In this document: in pieces, positions 40,601 to 52,619 of the stretch
How positions within the stretch are numbered: the stretch's first letter is position 1
Layout: the number at the start of each line of letters is the position of its first letter
Assembly: GCA_051362555.1 (NCBI GenBank)
Contig: CM120644.1
Location: 9,184,954 to 9,248,953, forward strand
Direction: 5' to 3'
DNA from: Lingula anatina
Taxonomy: Eukaryota; Animalia; Brachiopoda
Length of the DNA stretch: 64,000 nucleotides
The notes under the pieces: model-generated
What the model saw: only the letters and a program-made list of their open reading frames with translations
What the model was told of the DNA's origin: nothing
Databases searched by the model: none
Position numbers and translations under genes: made by a program

Positions 40601-42626
40601 AAGAAAGAAACCTGCCCTAATTAGGTGGAGTATTACACGTCACATCATGAGTGAATACTCGAAGTTGATGCGGGAAAGGAGTGGGATTGTCAAAGATATG
40701 GAAAGCAGTCATAGAGAGGAGCTTACCTCTGGGATGAAAACAGATGAGGAACATGTTCAAGCACTTATTAGGCATTTATTGAACAACATGACGAATCCAT
40801 TTGAAGCTGAAGAGCACCCAAATGTGCTCATAAATATTTCCACTGGTCTCCATGCCTCTTTGGATGTTCAAACCTCTCTTCTTGGCATCTTGGAGACTGG
40901 TGAAGAGAAGCTGGCTTCCTTTGTTCACAATACCCTCGAACCCAATGGAGCACACAGCTTTTACAGTCCAATCAGCAAGTCCCGATTAAAGTCGTTTGCA
41001 GACATGGCAAGAAAAAGTAAGATTAAGTTGGGACCAACAGTTATATCAGGTGCACTAAACCCAGAGATTGTTTTCCGCAGAGCCTTATCTTTGTCAAAGA
41101 GTCGAGAGGATGTTTCTATGGAAACAGTCCTTTGCTATCCCGTGGGTCCAGTGCCAGCATCAATGTTTAATACAGATGGCACAATGCGGAAGACAAACAA
41201 AGCGGAATTACAACACCATTTGGAGAGTTTCTGTAGCCATGTACCTGATTGCCCTGTTACAAACCCGACAGAGGTTGTGTACATAAGGGATTCCATGGCA
41301 GTAATCCAGATGATGACTGGTAGCAAATTTCAAACTTTTAATGACTTTGCTTCCGCATATCTTAAAAACCTTCAGGCAGTCTTTTCAAGAGCCAACACTG
41401 TTGTTGAAGTATTCGATAGATATGATTGCCCAGAATCTGTTAAATCTGCTGAGAGAGACCGACGGTCTAAATCACAGTTAGGGTTTAAGACCTACCAAGT
41501 AATTGGCGGGCGGCCTGTTCCTCCTTGGAAGAAATTCCTCAGTGTGTCTACCAACAAAAAATCACTTGTTATTTTTCTTTGTCTGTATCTTACCAAGCAT
41601 GCCCCAGAATGGATGAAAAACCACCCTTCCAAAAGACTTCTTGTTGCTGGAGGTTTTTCCAATGGTGAGACCATGATGTCGGTTACAAGTACAAGTGTGG
41701 AGGAAGTCCCACAGTATTCAAGCTCACAGGAAGAAGCTGATACACGGATGATTTTACATTCTGTTTTTGCCGATAAGCTCTTTGAGTCTAAGGGTATTGA
41801 AGGCAGTGTTATCATTAAGTCCCCAGATACAGATGTATTGGTGCTTTCTTTATATTATTTTCCTTGTTTACAAAATGTGAGATGCATGTGGATAGAGACT
41901 GGCTGCATTAGCAAAACAACTGACAGACGGCGATTTCTACCAGTACACACACTTTGCTCATCCCTTGGTCCACAGTTATGCAAGATTCTACCTGCTGTCC
42001 ATGCCGTTACTGGGTGCGACTCTACTTCTTCCTTCTTTGGAATTGGCAAGAAAGGAGTCTTGAAGGTTATTCAAAGGAAAGGACCAAGGAGTTTCCAGGA
42101 CCTTGAAATGATTGGAAAATACCCAGAAGATGGTGCCATTGATGCAGCACGAAAATTGGTGGCTCTTCTATATGACCCAGGAGAGAAGGACATATCATCA
42201 CACAAGGATCTTAATCAACTACGCTTTAAAATTGCCAACAGGAAAGACCAGGCAATTGCCAAACTGCCTCCATGTGAAGCCAGTTTCATTGAACATGCGA
42301 GGAGAGCTCATTGGCAAACAAAGATCTGGTGCAACTCGCATGTCGCAAATCCACATCTCGGATCTCCACTTCAGCATGGGTGGGAAAGGGAAGACGACAA
42401 GTTAGTACCTGTTTACTTTAAAGGGATAATGGCATCTGAATTGCTCAGGGAAATGGTATGCTCTTGTACTCTCAGGAGCAACTGTAACAATTGTTCATGT
42501 TATCACAGTGGCCTTCCATGTACAGAAATATGTCCATGCCAAGGTAGTGACGTCTGCCAAAATCCATATTCCCTGGAGACATGTAATGATATTGATGATG
42601 ATGATGATTTTGATGAAAGTGTATGA
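37633..42626 (+). CDS. Academ transposase (N-terminal Zn-finger-like motifs, DDE domain, XPG/FEN1-like nuclease, C-terminal Cys-rich finger); exons 37633-37639 + 37816-42626, ~1605 aa
   Basis: Uninterrupted ORF. CxxC..YHxxC twice; DDNID, TMDQQLY, MGGFH, NYARW, SDMGTE; XPG-like [29 protein letters not shown]; Cys-rich CSC..C..CSC..C..C.C..C tail. ATGGCAG|gtaaaa...ttttag|AATCT gives an in-frame MAESDG start. Confidence 0.85.
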
Positions 42627-43416
42627 ATGACAGGTCACTGATGAGAGGGTATCTGTGTATTCTTGAGTGTGTGTAATATACATTGTTTTTTTTATCAGAA
42701 TACATGCACAGAAATTGATAAAGAACACACTGAGAGCATGATTGCCCTTGTTTCTAGGAGTATATAGAAAGTGATGCTCAGTTTGCGATGGGTTACACAG
42801 GCACAAGCATTTTAAGGTGTGTGTGTGTGTGTGAGTGTACATGGGCACTTGTAATGTACAGAGATGAAATTTTGAGGTAATAAATGCTAAAAATAATGTA
42901 TTAATGTTTTTCTTTCTCTATTGAGACGTCAACTTAATAAATGTTGACCAACATGGGTTTGCAGTTGGGTATATGTATTGCTGCACTTCCAATCATTCAT
43001 AATGTGTATGTCTTTGTCCATATATTGGTATTGATGTAATATGTGTATCTGTCTATGAATGCATGTTATTATCTTTTTAAACATTTCAAAGTAAAGAATG
43101 AAAATGGTGTATGCTGTAAAGAAATGCTATAAGAAATGACATGCATGCATTTGTTGTAACTACGTTTTTTGCATTAATGATTGATATTTCTAAGATGAAT
43201 AAAGGATAAAATACGATCAATATCTGTAGTTCTTGATGATAAAAATGTTTAATATGGCACACATCCTAGAATTAGCAAATGCATCAAATTTGACTGATCA
43301 AAAATATAAATAATTTTTTGTCTAAATATTTGCAGAATTCCTGGAATATCTTTTATCGTGACAGTAGATGCAAAGGTTTACAACATAAATCACAATGGTA
43401 ACTTTAACATACATTA

Positions 43417-43477
<61 letters not shown>

Positions 43478-43632
43478 CCAATATTTTTTATTGTAAGTGA
43501 ACAGTTGTAGTAACATCCCGTAGCCTACCATTATTTTTATTCATAACCACATATATAAGAATGCTTTGCGAATAATTTCATCCTTTTAGATGTGAACAAT
43601 CCAATTTAGTAAAAAAAACACCATAAGGCGGT

Positions 43633-44309
43633 CATTTTGAAAATGGTGGCCATCTTGAACAGGTTGTGTGAGGCATCATGTAGTATTTAACATCTAGCAC
43701 ATATTTGTGTGTGAGCTTGGTAATAAAAACGATTTATTTAATAAATAAAGTGAACCAAAGCCCATGTCATGGAAATTTGCATTTCAGGGCGGCCATGTTG
43801 AATATTTAAAATTGACTGCTTTAACATCACCCAAATTTAACCAAATACCATATAAAAATGAAAATATGTCTACTTTGTATAATCCACCCCAAAATAACTA
43901 TGTGGACATTACAATTTTGATTTTATATGTAAAGATTGGGAACAAAAAGAGAAAATTTGACCAATTTTCCATGAACAACGGCCGCCATCTTGAAAACGGC
44001 GGCCATCTTGAAATTCTGGGATGGTGTTTTTTTTGCCCATAACCTCCCTCATCACAAAACATGTAAAGGCCATTGGACACACAATGTTTTAGGTATGTTT
44101 TTCAATGAATTGTATTTTCAGAAAAAATGCATAAAAACAGGCGGCCATCTTGGATTTTGTCCGTTTCCATGGTTACGCAGGCAATTGCCATTTCCACATC
44201 ATGGCTAACTTTCACCAGCAGACTCTGAGCTTTCAAATGATATATAATTCAGGTCTGTGTATAAAGGGGACACTAAATCTGAAAATTTTGGCCTTCTGCC
44301 GCTCACCTA
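43633..44309 (-). repeat. Right TIR of Academ element (~680 bp)
   Basis: Near reverse complement of 35838-36525. Confidence 0.9.
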
Positions 44310-45172
44310 ATTCTAGAGGATCTGATTAAGGCTTTAAATTTTGAATCTGATCCATCAAGCACATGTCAACACTTCATCCTATCCTACGTGATGTAAAATC
44401 TTGTTGTTTCTTGCAACGAATTACTCAATATTTGTCATATAAATGTTTGTAACTTTTTTCCCAAAACCTGCTTAATGCTGACTTACCGATCCACCTACTA
44501 TATCAGCTATATTTGTTGAAGGCACTGTGCCTTTCAAGCCCTCTGTGCGCTCTCTATACATGTAGATCTGTCTAGCGTATGTGCTAAGTTCATCTTGATA
44601 AAAATGATTGTCTTTCCATTTAAAGTACATGTAGCAGACGGTGCCAAAATCATGAAAAAAAGAAAATATAGGACACAAATTATGCATTATTTTTATTGTT
44701 AAAAAGTTTTAATACCACCGCAAAAGAATGTAATGTGAACTATTTCAAATCCACTTCGTGAAATGAATATTGGCCCCACGCATTTTAAACGCTTTTAACA
44801 AGTCTCACTCAGAGTTGTTCTTTTAGGACTAATATGTTTGAAACTGTGTCAGGCATACGTTCTTACCTTTTTTTACTGTAGTATTATCATTTTTACTACA
44901 TCCATCACTACTAATAATTCTATCAATAGTATTACTAAATGAAGTACACTGTACTAATACATATATTATTATATTTACTCTCTGTGTTTGATGGCATGCT
45001 AGTTAGTAGCTTTGAGCATTGTTGTCCTTGTCCGTTTCTTTTTCTGGTAGGTGTTGAATACAATGTTTAAGATAATCCTAAATCTTAAATGTTGTTTAAA
45101 GAAATCCGCTAATATCCGAAATTATTTGTGTCGATATTTTGACATTTCGATTTCCTACTTTAAGGTAGCAAA

Positions 45173-47155
45173 ATGGTTCCGGGAGGTCTACTTCTTTTCT
45201 GTGCAAGTGTGCTTGTCGCTGCACCCTCACTATGCCTAGGAGCATGTTCCATCAATTCTTACTGCTCAGACTGTGCCAATTATACTGAAGAAGGACAGAC
45301 TAAATGGAGATTCTACTGCAACCCTTACAGTGGATACTATATAGATCCTTCACACTTTACGGTTACTAACGATACGGTTGAATTATTTCAAGTCAAATAT
45401 TTTTCGTCGAGTTCTAAACTTAGCATCTACAGTGGAGCTTTCCGATATATCCCTAATATCGTACGTGCAGACATAAGGAACACGCGAAGCACCAATCCTT
45501 CTATAAGTTCAAGAGCTTTCTATTACGGTGTACAGAACAGCCTGCGAACTTTGTTGTTCCGGAACTCCTACCTTACCACCTTCCCCTCAGCCTTGACATA
45601 TCTAACGTCTTTACAGGAGCTGGACCTCGGAGGAAACAGAATAAGTGGTGACCCATATAACTATCTCAGTTACCTGACATCGCTCCAGTCGCTGTGGCTT
45701 GACAACAACCGTCTATTGAGTAGTGTCCCAGCATCGTTAGAGCGCCTACCCAATCTCCGGAAATTGTCACTCGCAAGCTGCTATTTAAACCGGAGTTCTC
45801 TAACGTCATTCCGCCAGCTACCCAGGTCCTTAGAGTGGCTGAACGTTTATAATAATTACCAACTTGCTGAAGTACCTTCTGGCGTTGGTTTGCTTCGAAA
45901 CTTGACCTATCTAAACATGAGATACTGTAATCTGAACTCTCTGCCGGTCAATGTCTTCACCAATTTGTACAAGTTGGAGATCCTGGATCTAAGTCAAAAC
46001 CCCAGTATTATTTCGTATCTTGATGTTCTTGTCAATCAAAAGTCGTTGAAAGTTTTAAGACTTTCCTACATGGGTTCTTCTTTAACAGACATACCTAATG
46101 CAATATCTGGCATGGAAAAGATGGAAGAGCTTGACTTAAACAATAATAGAATACGAGGAGTAAATCAAAACCATTTTGCTAAAATGGTACAGTTAAGGAA
46201 ACTCAATCTGGCCAACAATGAAATAACTTCTCTTGACCCGCTGTCATTCCAATATTGTGACCAGCTGGAAGAACTGGACCTTAGTTATAACCTGATACAG
46301 GAGGTCAACCCAATCCATTTTGTTGCACAGGTAGGGTTGAGAAAGATTAATCTGAGATACAACAGGATCCATTCCCTTGGTCCACGGTTGTTTCAGAACT
46401 GCATAAACTTGAAACATGTTGACTTTTTGAACAACTTGATCACCAAAATAGATCAAAATGTATTTATCGGTCCGTCACAATCCCTGAGGTATGTCGACCT
46501 GCGCAATAACAAATATGACACGTTTCACAAGTGTATAGTTGCAAAACTAGAGCAATTTCAATCATTCTACTTCTCAACCGATTATTTTACTTGTGATTGC
46601 CGTTTAGCCTGGATTCGACAACTTAACATCCAATACGGTTCCAGGGTATCTGTCAGTGGGTCCTGTTTTCAACCAAGAGAGCTATACGGTCGGGCACCGT
46701 CTTCATATCCGCTAGATGGTTGCACACCTGACGATGAAAGTTTTCAAAGCTGCAACATTGCCTCAACCACGAACCCCGATACAGAGACGGAACCCACGCC
46801 TACTAGCAAGGCTTTGAACCATTCGTTCGTCAATTCAGCCCAACTATCCAGTTTGAATAAAGACCTCCGAAGCGTTCAAACTATCACAACTGTGTCTGCA
46901 TCCGTCGCCGTTGTCGCCGTCGTGGCATTCGTCGTATTGCTGACATGCTTCTTCAGGCGACGAACCCGAGTGCCTCTAAATGGGAGGAGCCAGGGTCACG
47001 TCAATCAAAGTCTCCAGCTATCCGAAGGAGTCCAGAGCGAAAGGTCACCTGAAGGTCAAAGCTCTGGAGAGAATTTGTATCAGAACACGGATGGGATGGC
47101 CAGCAGCGCCCCCTGTGGCGCCTATGAGCTTCTCAGAAAAGATGGCAGGGTCTGA
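45173..47155 (+). CDS. LRR single-pass receptor copy 2, 660 aa (4-aa TM deletion, tail truncated by frameshift)
   Basis: Paralog of 28803-30845. gtctga versus gttttga creates an early stop; the remnant tail codons (aaacaacataaaggccattac) follow out of frame. Confidence 0.9.
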   Translation: MVPGGLLLFCASVLVAAPSLCLGACSINSYCSDCANYTEEGQTKWRFYCNPYSGYYIDPSHFTVTNDTVELFQVKYFSSSSKLSIYSGAFRYIPNIVRADIRNTRSTNPSISSRAFYYGVQNSLRTLLFRNSYLTTFPSALTYLTSLQELDLGGNRISGDPYNYLSYLTSLQSLWLDNNRLLSSVPASLERLPNLRKLSLASCYLNRSSLTSFRQLPRSLEWLNVYNNYQLAEVPSGVGLLRNLTYLNMRYCNLNSLPVNVFTNLYKLEILDLSQNPSIISYLDVLVNQKSLKVLRLSYMGSSLTDIPNAISGMEKMEELDLNNNRIRGVNQNHFAKMVQLRKLNLANNEITSLDPLSFQYCDQLEELDLSYNLIQEVNPIHFVAQVGLRKINLRYNRIHSLGPRLFQNCINLKHVDFLNNLITKIDQNVFIGPSQSLRYVDLRNNKYDTFHKCIVAKLEQFQSFYFSTDYFTCDCRLAWIRQLNIQYGSRVSVSGSCFQPRELYGRAPSSYPLDGCTPDDESFQSCNIASTTNPDTETEPTPTSKALNHSFVNSAQLSSLNKDLRSVQTITTVSASVAVVAVVAFVVLLTCFFRRRTRVPLNGRSQGHVNQSLQLSEGVQSERSPEGQSSGENLYQNTDGMASSAPCGAYELLRKDGRV

Positions 47156-47803
47156 AACAACATAAAGGCCATTACGCTTCCTCCCCTGTAGTTCATAAGT
47201 AAAAAGTAGAATATTCCACCTTGTTTGCCTTGTGTTGTTTTATGTCTGTTTTATTAAATATTTACAATTTATTGGGTTTGTAAATACATATAGGAAAAAC
47301 ACCATAAATATCTACAGTATGTTAATATTGTCAGAGCACGGATGGGAGGAGTCTGCATCCGTCGCCGTTGTCGCCGTCGTGGCATTCGTCGTATTGCTGA
47401 CATGCTTCTTCAGGCGACGAACCCGAGTGCCTCTAAATGGGAGGAGCCAGGGTCACGTCAATCAAAGTCTCCAGCTATCCGAAGGAGTCCAGAGCGAAAG
47501 GTCACCTGAAGGTCAAAGCTCTGGAGAGAATTTGTATCAGAACACGGATGGGATGGCCAGCAGCGCCCCCTGTGGCGCCTATGAGCTTCTCAGAAAAGAT
47601 GGCAGGGTCTGAAACAACATAAAGGCCATTACGCTTCCTCCCCTGTAGTTCATAAGTAAAAAGTAGAATATTCCACCTTGTTTGCCTTGTGTTGTTTTAT
47701 GTCTGTTTTATTAAATATTTACAATTTATTGGGTTTGTAAATACATATAGGAAAAACACCATAAATATCTACAGTATGTTAATATTGTCAGAGCACGGAT
47801 GGG
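46894..47803 (+). repeat. Tandem duplication of 453 bp (46894-47346 and 47351-47803) covering the TM, tail and 3'UTR of LRR copy 2
   Basis: The two copies are identical by eye, offset 457 bp, with a 4-bp filler agga. Confidence 0.92.
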
Positions 47804-48460
47804 CCAATGCTCAATAATGCTTTATTGTAGAACCTGCACTTGCCCACTGTATGCGCACTAATACTGTGGAGTATACTCCTGATAAAGGACCAATAATATT
47901 CCAGTAGACTTCCAGTGCTTTCACTGTAATATCCCCCAGGCATATTAACTGGACAGGATTTAATTTGTTACTTCAGCATTAAATACTTAAAATTGCGTCC
48001 TTTTTTTAAATATGTCGCAAAATGTATATAACTCTTAACGCCTATAGGTGACATTCACTTTCGCACCTTGAAAAAGTGTTTAATAGTCCTATGTACGGTA
48101 TAGTCAAAAGTAAACTTAAATATGTCGATTTTGTTTCAAATATTGTCACTGTGTGCTTTAGTAAAAAACCACTGCATTTTATAGTTACGAAAGAATTTGT
48201 AACAAGAATGTACTTGTTAGCACTTCAGCAAGGGTGAGTTAAGGAACGCAGACTAGGCCGACAGTTTAACACTATGTAAGTGCCCTTCACAGTCTTACTT
48301 TGAAATTAAATTGGTCTTTTTGGAATTCAACACAAACCTTGGTGAGGGGATTGTGTTCTCTTTTGTGCACGGAAAATTTCCTGTTGTGGATATAAACGCG
48401 AAATATTGTGATGATTTTGGACTTAGGCCCTATATGTTGTGAATGGAGTGGAGAGGCTAA

Positions 48461-48620
48461 ATGTATTTATTGTCGTTTAACGGGTCAACGATGACGTGTC
48501 TTAGGAGAAAGGTTATTAGGAGGTACAGGGGGCGCTGTATTCAAAAGGTGAACAGATCACGTGAGGAAGGGAAACGATCATTCGAAGTCGAGCTACGCTA
48601 ATGTACAGACATTCCAGTTT
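48461..48620 (+). repeat. Split direct repeat A1 (160 bp; A2 at 53936-54095)
   Basis: Identical to A2 by eye. Confidence 0.93.
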
Positions 48621-48655
48621 TCCTAAGCTTGAATTTCATATTTCAAACGTCTAGT

Positions 48656-49584
48656 ATGCCAAAGGGTAGGAAATCACAAAAGATAAAGTGTTTGAGTCAG
48701 ATTCTGAACATACTGAGAAAGAAATTGAGAGGCCTGAGGTGAGCGAACCTGAGTTGATACAGTCGGAGGGTGTAGCATCAAACAAAGAGGATAAAAACTA
48801 CTCGACCGAGGAGAGCGGAGAGTTTGAAAATGAAGGGAGTGGCCAACAAATACCAGGTGAAGTTGGCTCAAATCTTGCTGATACTTTCAATTTGTTTAAA
48901 TCCTATATGGATCAAAAGTTTAAAGGATTAAAAAGAGAACTGTCCGAGAAAAATATAGCAGAAAACAAAAAATTGAGGTCATCCCATGAAATTGAATTCA
49001 AGTTCAAAGGAAACAAAAAACAATTTGAATTTAACACTGAAGTACTTGAAAAGCTTGAAATTGCAGAAAGTTACTTTAAGAAAGGGGAAGTGAAGTCTGG
49101 AAGACAGTTACTCAAAAGGTCCGTAGATCAAATTAAGAAACGTAACAAGCTTATAAGATTGGCGGACAAATCGGATGCTGGTTGGGAAGCTGTGGAAGAA
49201 TATCAATCCGATGATCTTGCAGATGATAGTGAAGACGAAAAGAAAATTCGTTCAGCCCAGATAAGAGCAAATAGAAAATTGCGCCAGAAAAAACAGAAAC
49301 GCAACAATGTCGGTCAACGTAGGTCTGGTGTTTATAATAGCTATTCCAATATGCCTGTTCAATATACAGCCTCAGCCAATTTTTCAGGTTCAGGGCCATT
49401 CAAAAGGCTTTTTCGAGCCAAAAGAAGTCAACCGTCCAAGTATGACCAGTGTTTTGGATGTGGACAATACGGTCACTGGCGAGCAGAATGCTCCAAATTT
49501 AACCAGCAAAAGCAGTCATACTTTCAAAACAACACGGAACCGAACCCAAGCTACTACAGCTACGCACAGGTCGGCAGTCAATAA
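48656..49584 (+). CDS. Gag-like protein of PAT/DIRS element (CCHC knuckle); apparent 1-nt deletion just after the ATG
   Basis: FKFKGNKKQFEFN, RNKLIRLADKSDAGWEAVEEY and CFGCGQYGHWRAEC motifs. ATG at 48656 (MPKGRKSQK) is one base out of frame with the 48688 ORF at an A-run. Confidence 0.78.
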
Positions 49585-51528
49585 GACAGATACAACTCTA
49601 AAAGATAAGTATAATAGCAACAATGTGAAAGGTAGATTGAAGAAAAATGTAGCTTTTTGGGAAAGTATTCGTGCCAATACGTATGTATTAGATGTAATAA
49701 AACAAGGATATGTTATTCCTTTTATAAATACACCACCAAAAATGATTATGAAAAACAATAAGTCTGCATTAGATAATAAGGATTTTGTAGAAGAATCAAT
49801 ATCAGATTTGTTACAATCAGGCCGTATCAAAGAATTTAAAGGGATACCACAAGTTGTTAATCCTTTGACGGTGGCAATAAATGGGAAAAAGAAACGTTTG
49901 GTTTTAGATTTGAGATGTGTAAATCCATACATTTGGAAAGAGAGTATTAAATTTGAGGATACAAGAATTGCATTACAGTACGTAAATTCAAAAGGATTTG
50001 CATTTAGTTTTGATTTAAAAAATGGTTATCATCATATAGATATTGTTGAGTCACAGCAAGAATTTCTGGGATTTTCTTGGGTTGTTCAAGGAAAAATTAA
50101 ATATTTCGTTTACACAGTTTTACCTTTTGGGATATCTTCAGCAGGTTACATTTTTACCAAAGTATTAAGATGTTTGGTTAAACACTGGAGAGAATGGTCT
50201 ATACCTATAGTGTTGTATTTGGATGATGGATTTGGATTTAGTGATGATTTTGAGATGTGCAAAAAATATTCAGACAAAGTGAGGGGAGACTTGAAAAAAT
50301 CGGGTTTAGTAGTGAATAATGAAAAGAGTATATGGAGACCAGTTCAAGAGATTGATTGGTTAGGTATTCATTGGAATTTGATACAGGGTACGATATCAAT
50401 CACAGAAAAAAGGGTTTCAGAATTGAAAAATGATATTAGAAAACTGATGTAAAATATTAATATGACATCGGCACGTGAGCTGGCTCGAATTACGGGAAAA
50501 TTATATCAATGTCAACTGTTATTGGAGATATAAGTAGATTAATGACAAGAAATATGTATCACGCAATCAATGATAGAAACAGTTGGGACGAATGCAAAAA
50601 TTTTCGTTCAAATACAGAAATTCTGAATGAGTTACATTTTTGGTTGTCAAACATTCATTGTCTAAATAAAAGACATTTATTCTTAAACGAAATACCCAAA
50701 ATCTTGGGATTTTCAGATGCTAATGATTATGCATGTGGTGCCTATTTGGTACGTTGTCAATCTGACATTTGTCACAAAATGTGGTCAGATGAAGAAAAGG
50801 AGAAAAGTTCGACATGGAGGGAGTTGAAGGCAATTGCAATTGCATTACAAGCTTTTATTAAAGTTATAAAAAGAAGTAAAATAGGTTGGTACACAGATAA
50901 TCAAAATGTCGTGAGGATTATACAGGCAGGATCTATGAAACATGATCTACAACATTTAGCTTTACAAATATATCATTTATGTACATGTCATGAAATCAGT
51001 TTGACAGTAAACTGGATACCTAGATCAAAAAATGAAAAAGCAGATTATATCAGCAAATTGGTAGACATAGACGACTGGGAGGTAGAATCTTCTTTTTTCG
51101 AATTTTTGGATAAAAAGTGGGGACCTCACACTGTAGATAGATTTGCGAATTTTGAAAATACAAAGACAAACAGTTTTAATTCAAGATTTTGGAATCCAAA
51201 TACAGAGGCAACAGACGCATTTTTACAAAATTGGCAGCATGAGAATAATTGGATAGTTCCACCTGTAGGTTTGGTACCAAAGGCAATAAATCATTTATTA
51301 AATTGTAAAGCAAAAGGCACTTTAGTCGTTCCAAGTTGGAAGTCGGCTGCATTTTGGCCAATGATATTTGACAGAGATATGAAGTGGAAAATGTACATAA
51401 AAGATGTTCTTATTTTCGGTAACAAGGGTATTTTTAAGCAGGGGAAAAATAAGCAATCTTACATAGGGTCGCAGAAATTTAAGGATAAAGTTTTGGCAGT
51501 CAGGATTGATGGGGAGACAGGATTTTAA
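49307..51528 (+). pseudogene. RT / RNase H / DNA adenine methyltransferase-like pol ORF, disrupted by a stop (50450-50452) and a frameshift (~50500)
   Basis: RT: RLVLDLR, FDLKNGYHH, VLPFG, YLDD. RNase H: FSDA, SSTWRELKA, YTDNQN, NEKADYIS. MT-like: TVDRFA, WIVPP, LVVPSW. True start uncertain because it overlaps gag. Confidence 0.88.
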
Positions 51529-52390
51529 TAGAAAAATATTTTCTAAAAACGAAGGTTATATTTCAAAAGCGAGATGGGATGGTGTATTTTTATGAAGGTT
51601 GCCAGTCAGGATTGACACTGCAACAAACATTATACAGAATTGAAATTTATATATAGAAGGTGTGATGGAATGACGGTGTATTATTATGAAGGTTGCAAGT
51701 CAGGATTGACACTGCAACAAACATTATACAGAATTAAAATTTATATGTAGAAGGTGTGATGGAATGACGGTGTATTTTTCATGAAGGTTGCAAGTCAGGA
51801 TTGACACTGCAACAAATATTACACAGAAATGAAATATATATATTTGAAAGTTTTATGGCATGTTGGTGTATTTTTATGAAGGTTGCCAGTCAGGATTGAC
51901 AATGCAACAAATGTTAAAAAGAATTGAAATATATATTTGAAAGTTGTTACGGCATGAAGATGTATTTTATATAAATTGACAGTCAGGATTGACACTGCGA
52001 AAAATGTTATACAAAACTGAAATTTATATTGGGAAAAAACGTGATGGAATGAAGGTATAATTTAGGAAGGTTACTAGTCAGGATTGACACTGCACCGAAT
52101 GTTATACAGAGTTGAAAATTATAATTGAAAAGCGTTATGGAATGAAGGTATATTTTATAAAGGTTTATAGTTCGGATTGACACTGTAACAATTGTTACAC
52201 AGAATTGAAAAGTTCAATTGAAAAGTATGATGAGATAAAGGTGAATTATAATATATTTTGCAAGTCAGGATTGACGATGAAACAAATGTTATACAACATT
52301 AAATGAAATTCATATATTTGAAAGGTCTGGTGGCATGAAGGTGTGTTATTATGAAAGTTGATTATCAGGATGGACAGTGTACAAAATGTT
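51490..52390 (+). repeat. Internal tandem array of ~94-bp units (10 cores) with palindromic core GTTGCA-A-GTCA-GGAT-TGAC-AC-TGCAAC
   Basis: Core agtcaggattga at 51498, 51604, 51698, 51793, 51888, 51981, 52076, 52169 (variant), 52263, 52363 (variant); spacings 93-106 bp. Confidence 0.9.
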
Positions 52391-52619
52391 TATACATAAT
52401 CAAGGCAATGAAAGCATACTTTTAACGATGGTTAAGAGTTAATGGATAATTCATTCTTTTTTGTTAAAAGAGAAAATATAAGATTGTCTGGATTGGCTTT
52501 TGAAAACAGTAGGCCTATAATGCATGAAAAGAACATTTGAAATGTTTTAAAAATGGGCTTTTATATTAGTAAACATAAACTGGTGTGTTTTCATCAAAAT
52601 TCTTTATTTGTATTTACAG

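Larger units (their letters stand above)
35838..44309 (+). mobile_element. Academ-superfamily (XPG-type, AcademX) DNA transposon, 8472 bp, 3-bp TSD ATT
   Basis: Termini TAGGTGAGCGGCA...TGCCGCTCACCTA. ATT at 35835-35837 and 44310-44312. Empty sites in unit 1 (~26900, aatattctaaag) and unit 3 (~59167, atgttctaggg). Long TIRs and a single large transposase gene. Confidence 0.88.

Noticed and set aside
35949-44208. Paired ORFs 36122-36394/43764-44042 and 35949-36137/43990-44208
   Set aside because: They are mirror products of the Academ TIRs with no recognisable protein features.
47232-47612. Independent gene
   Set aside because: It is created by the 453-bp duplication, with an N-terminus made of 3'UTR sequence. 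Kept only as a speculative by-product.
51490-52390. CRISPR array (palindromic repeats with regular spacing)
   Set aside because: The linkers are homologous to each other rather than unique spacers, there are no cas genes, and the context is a eukaryotic retrotransposon.
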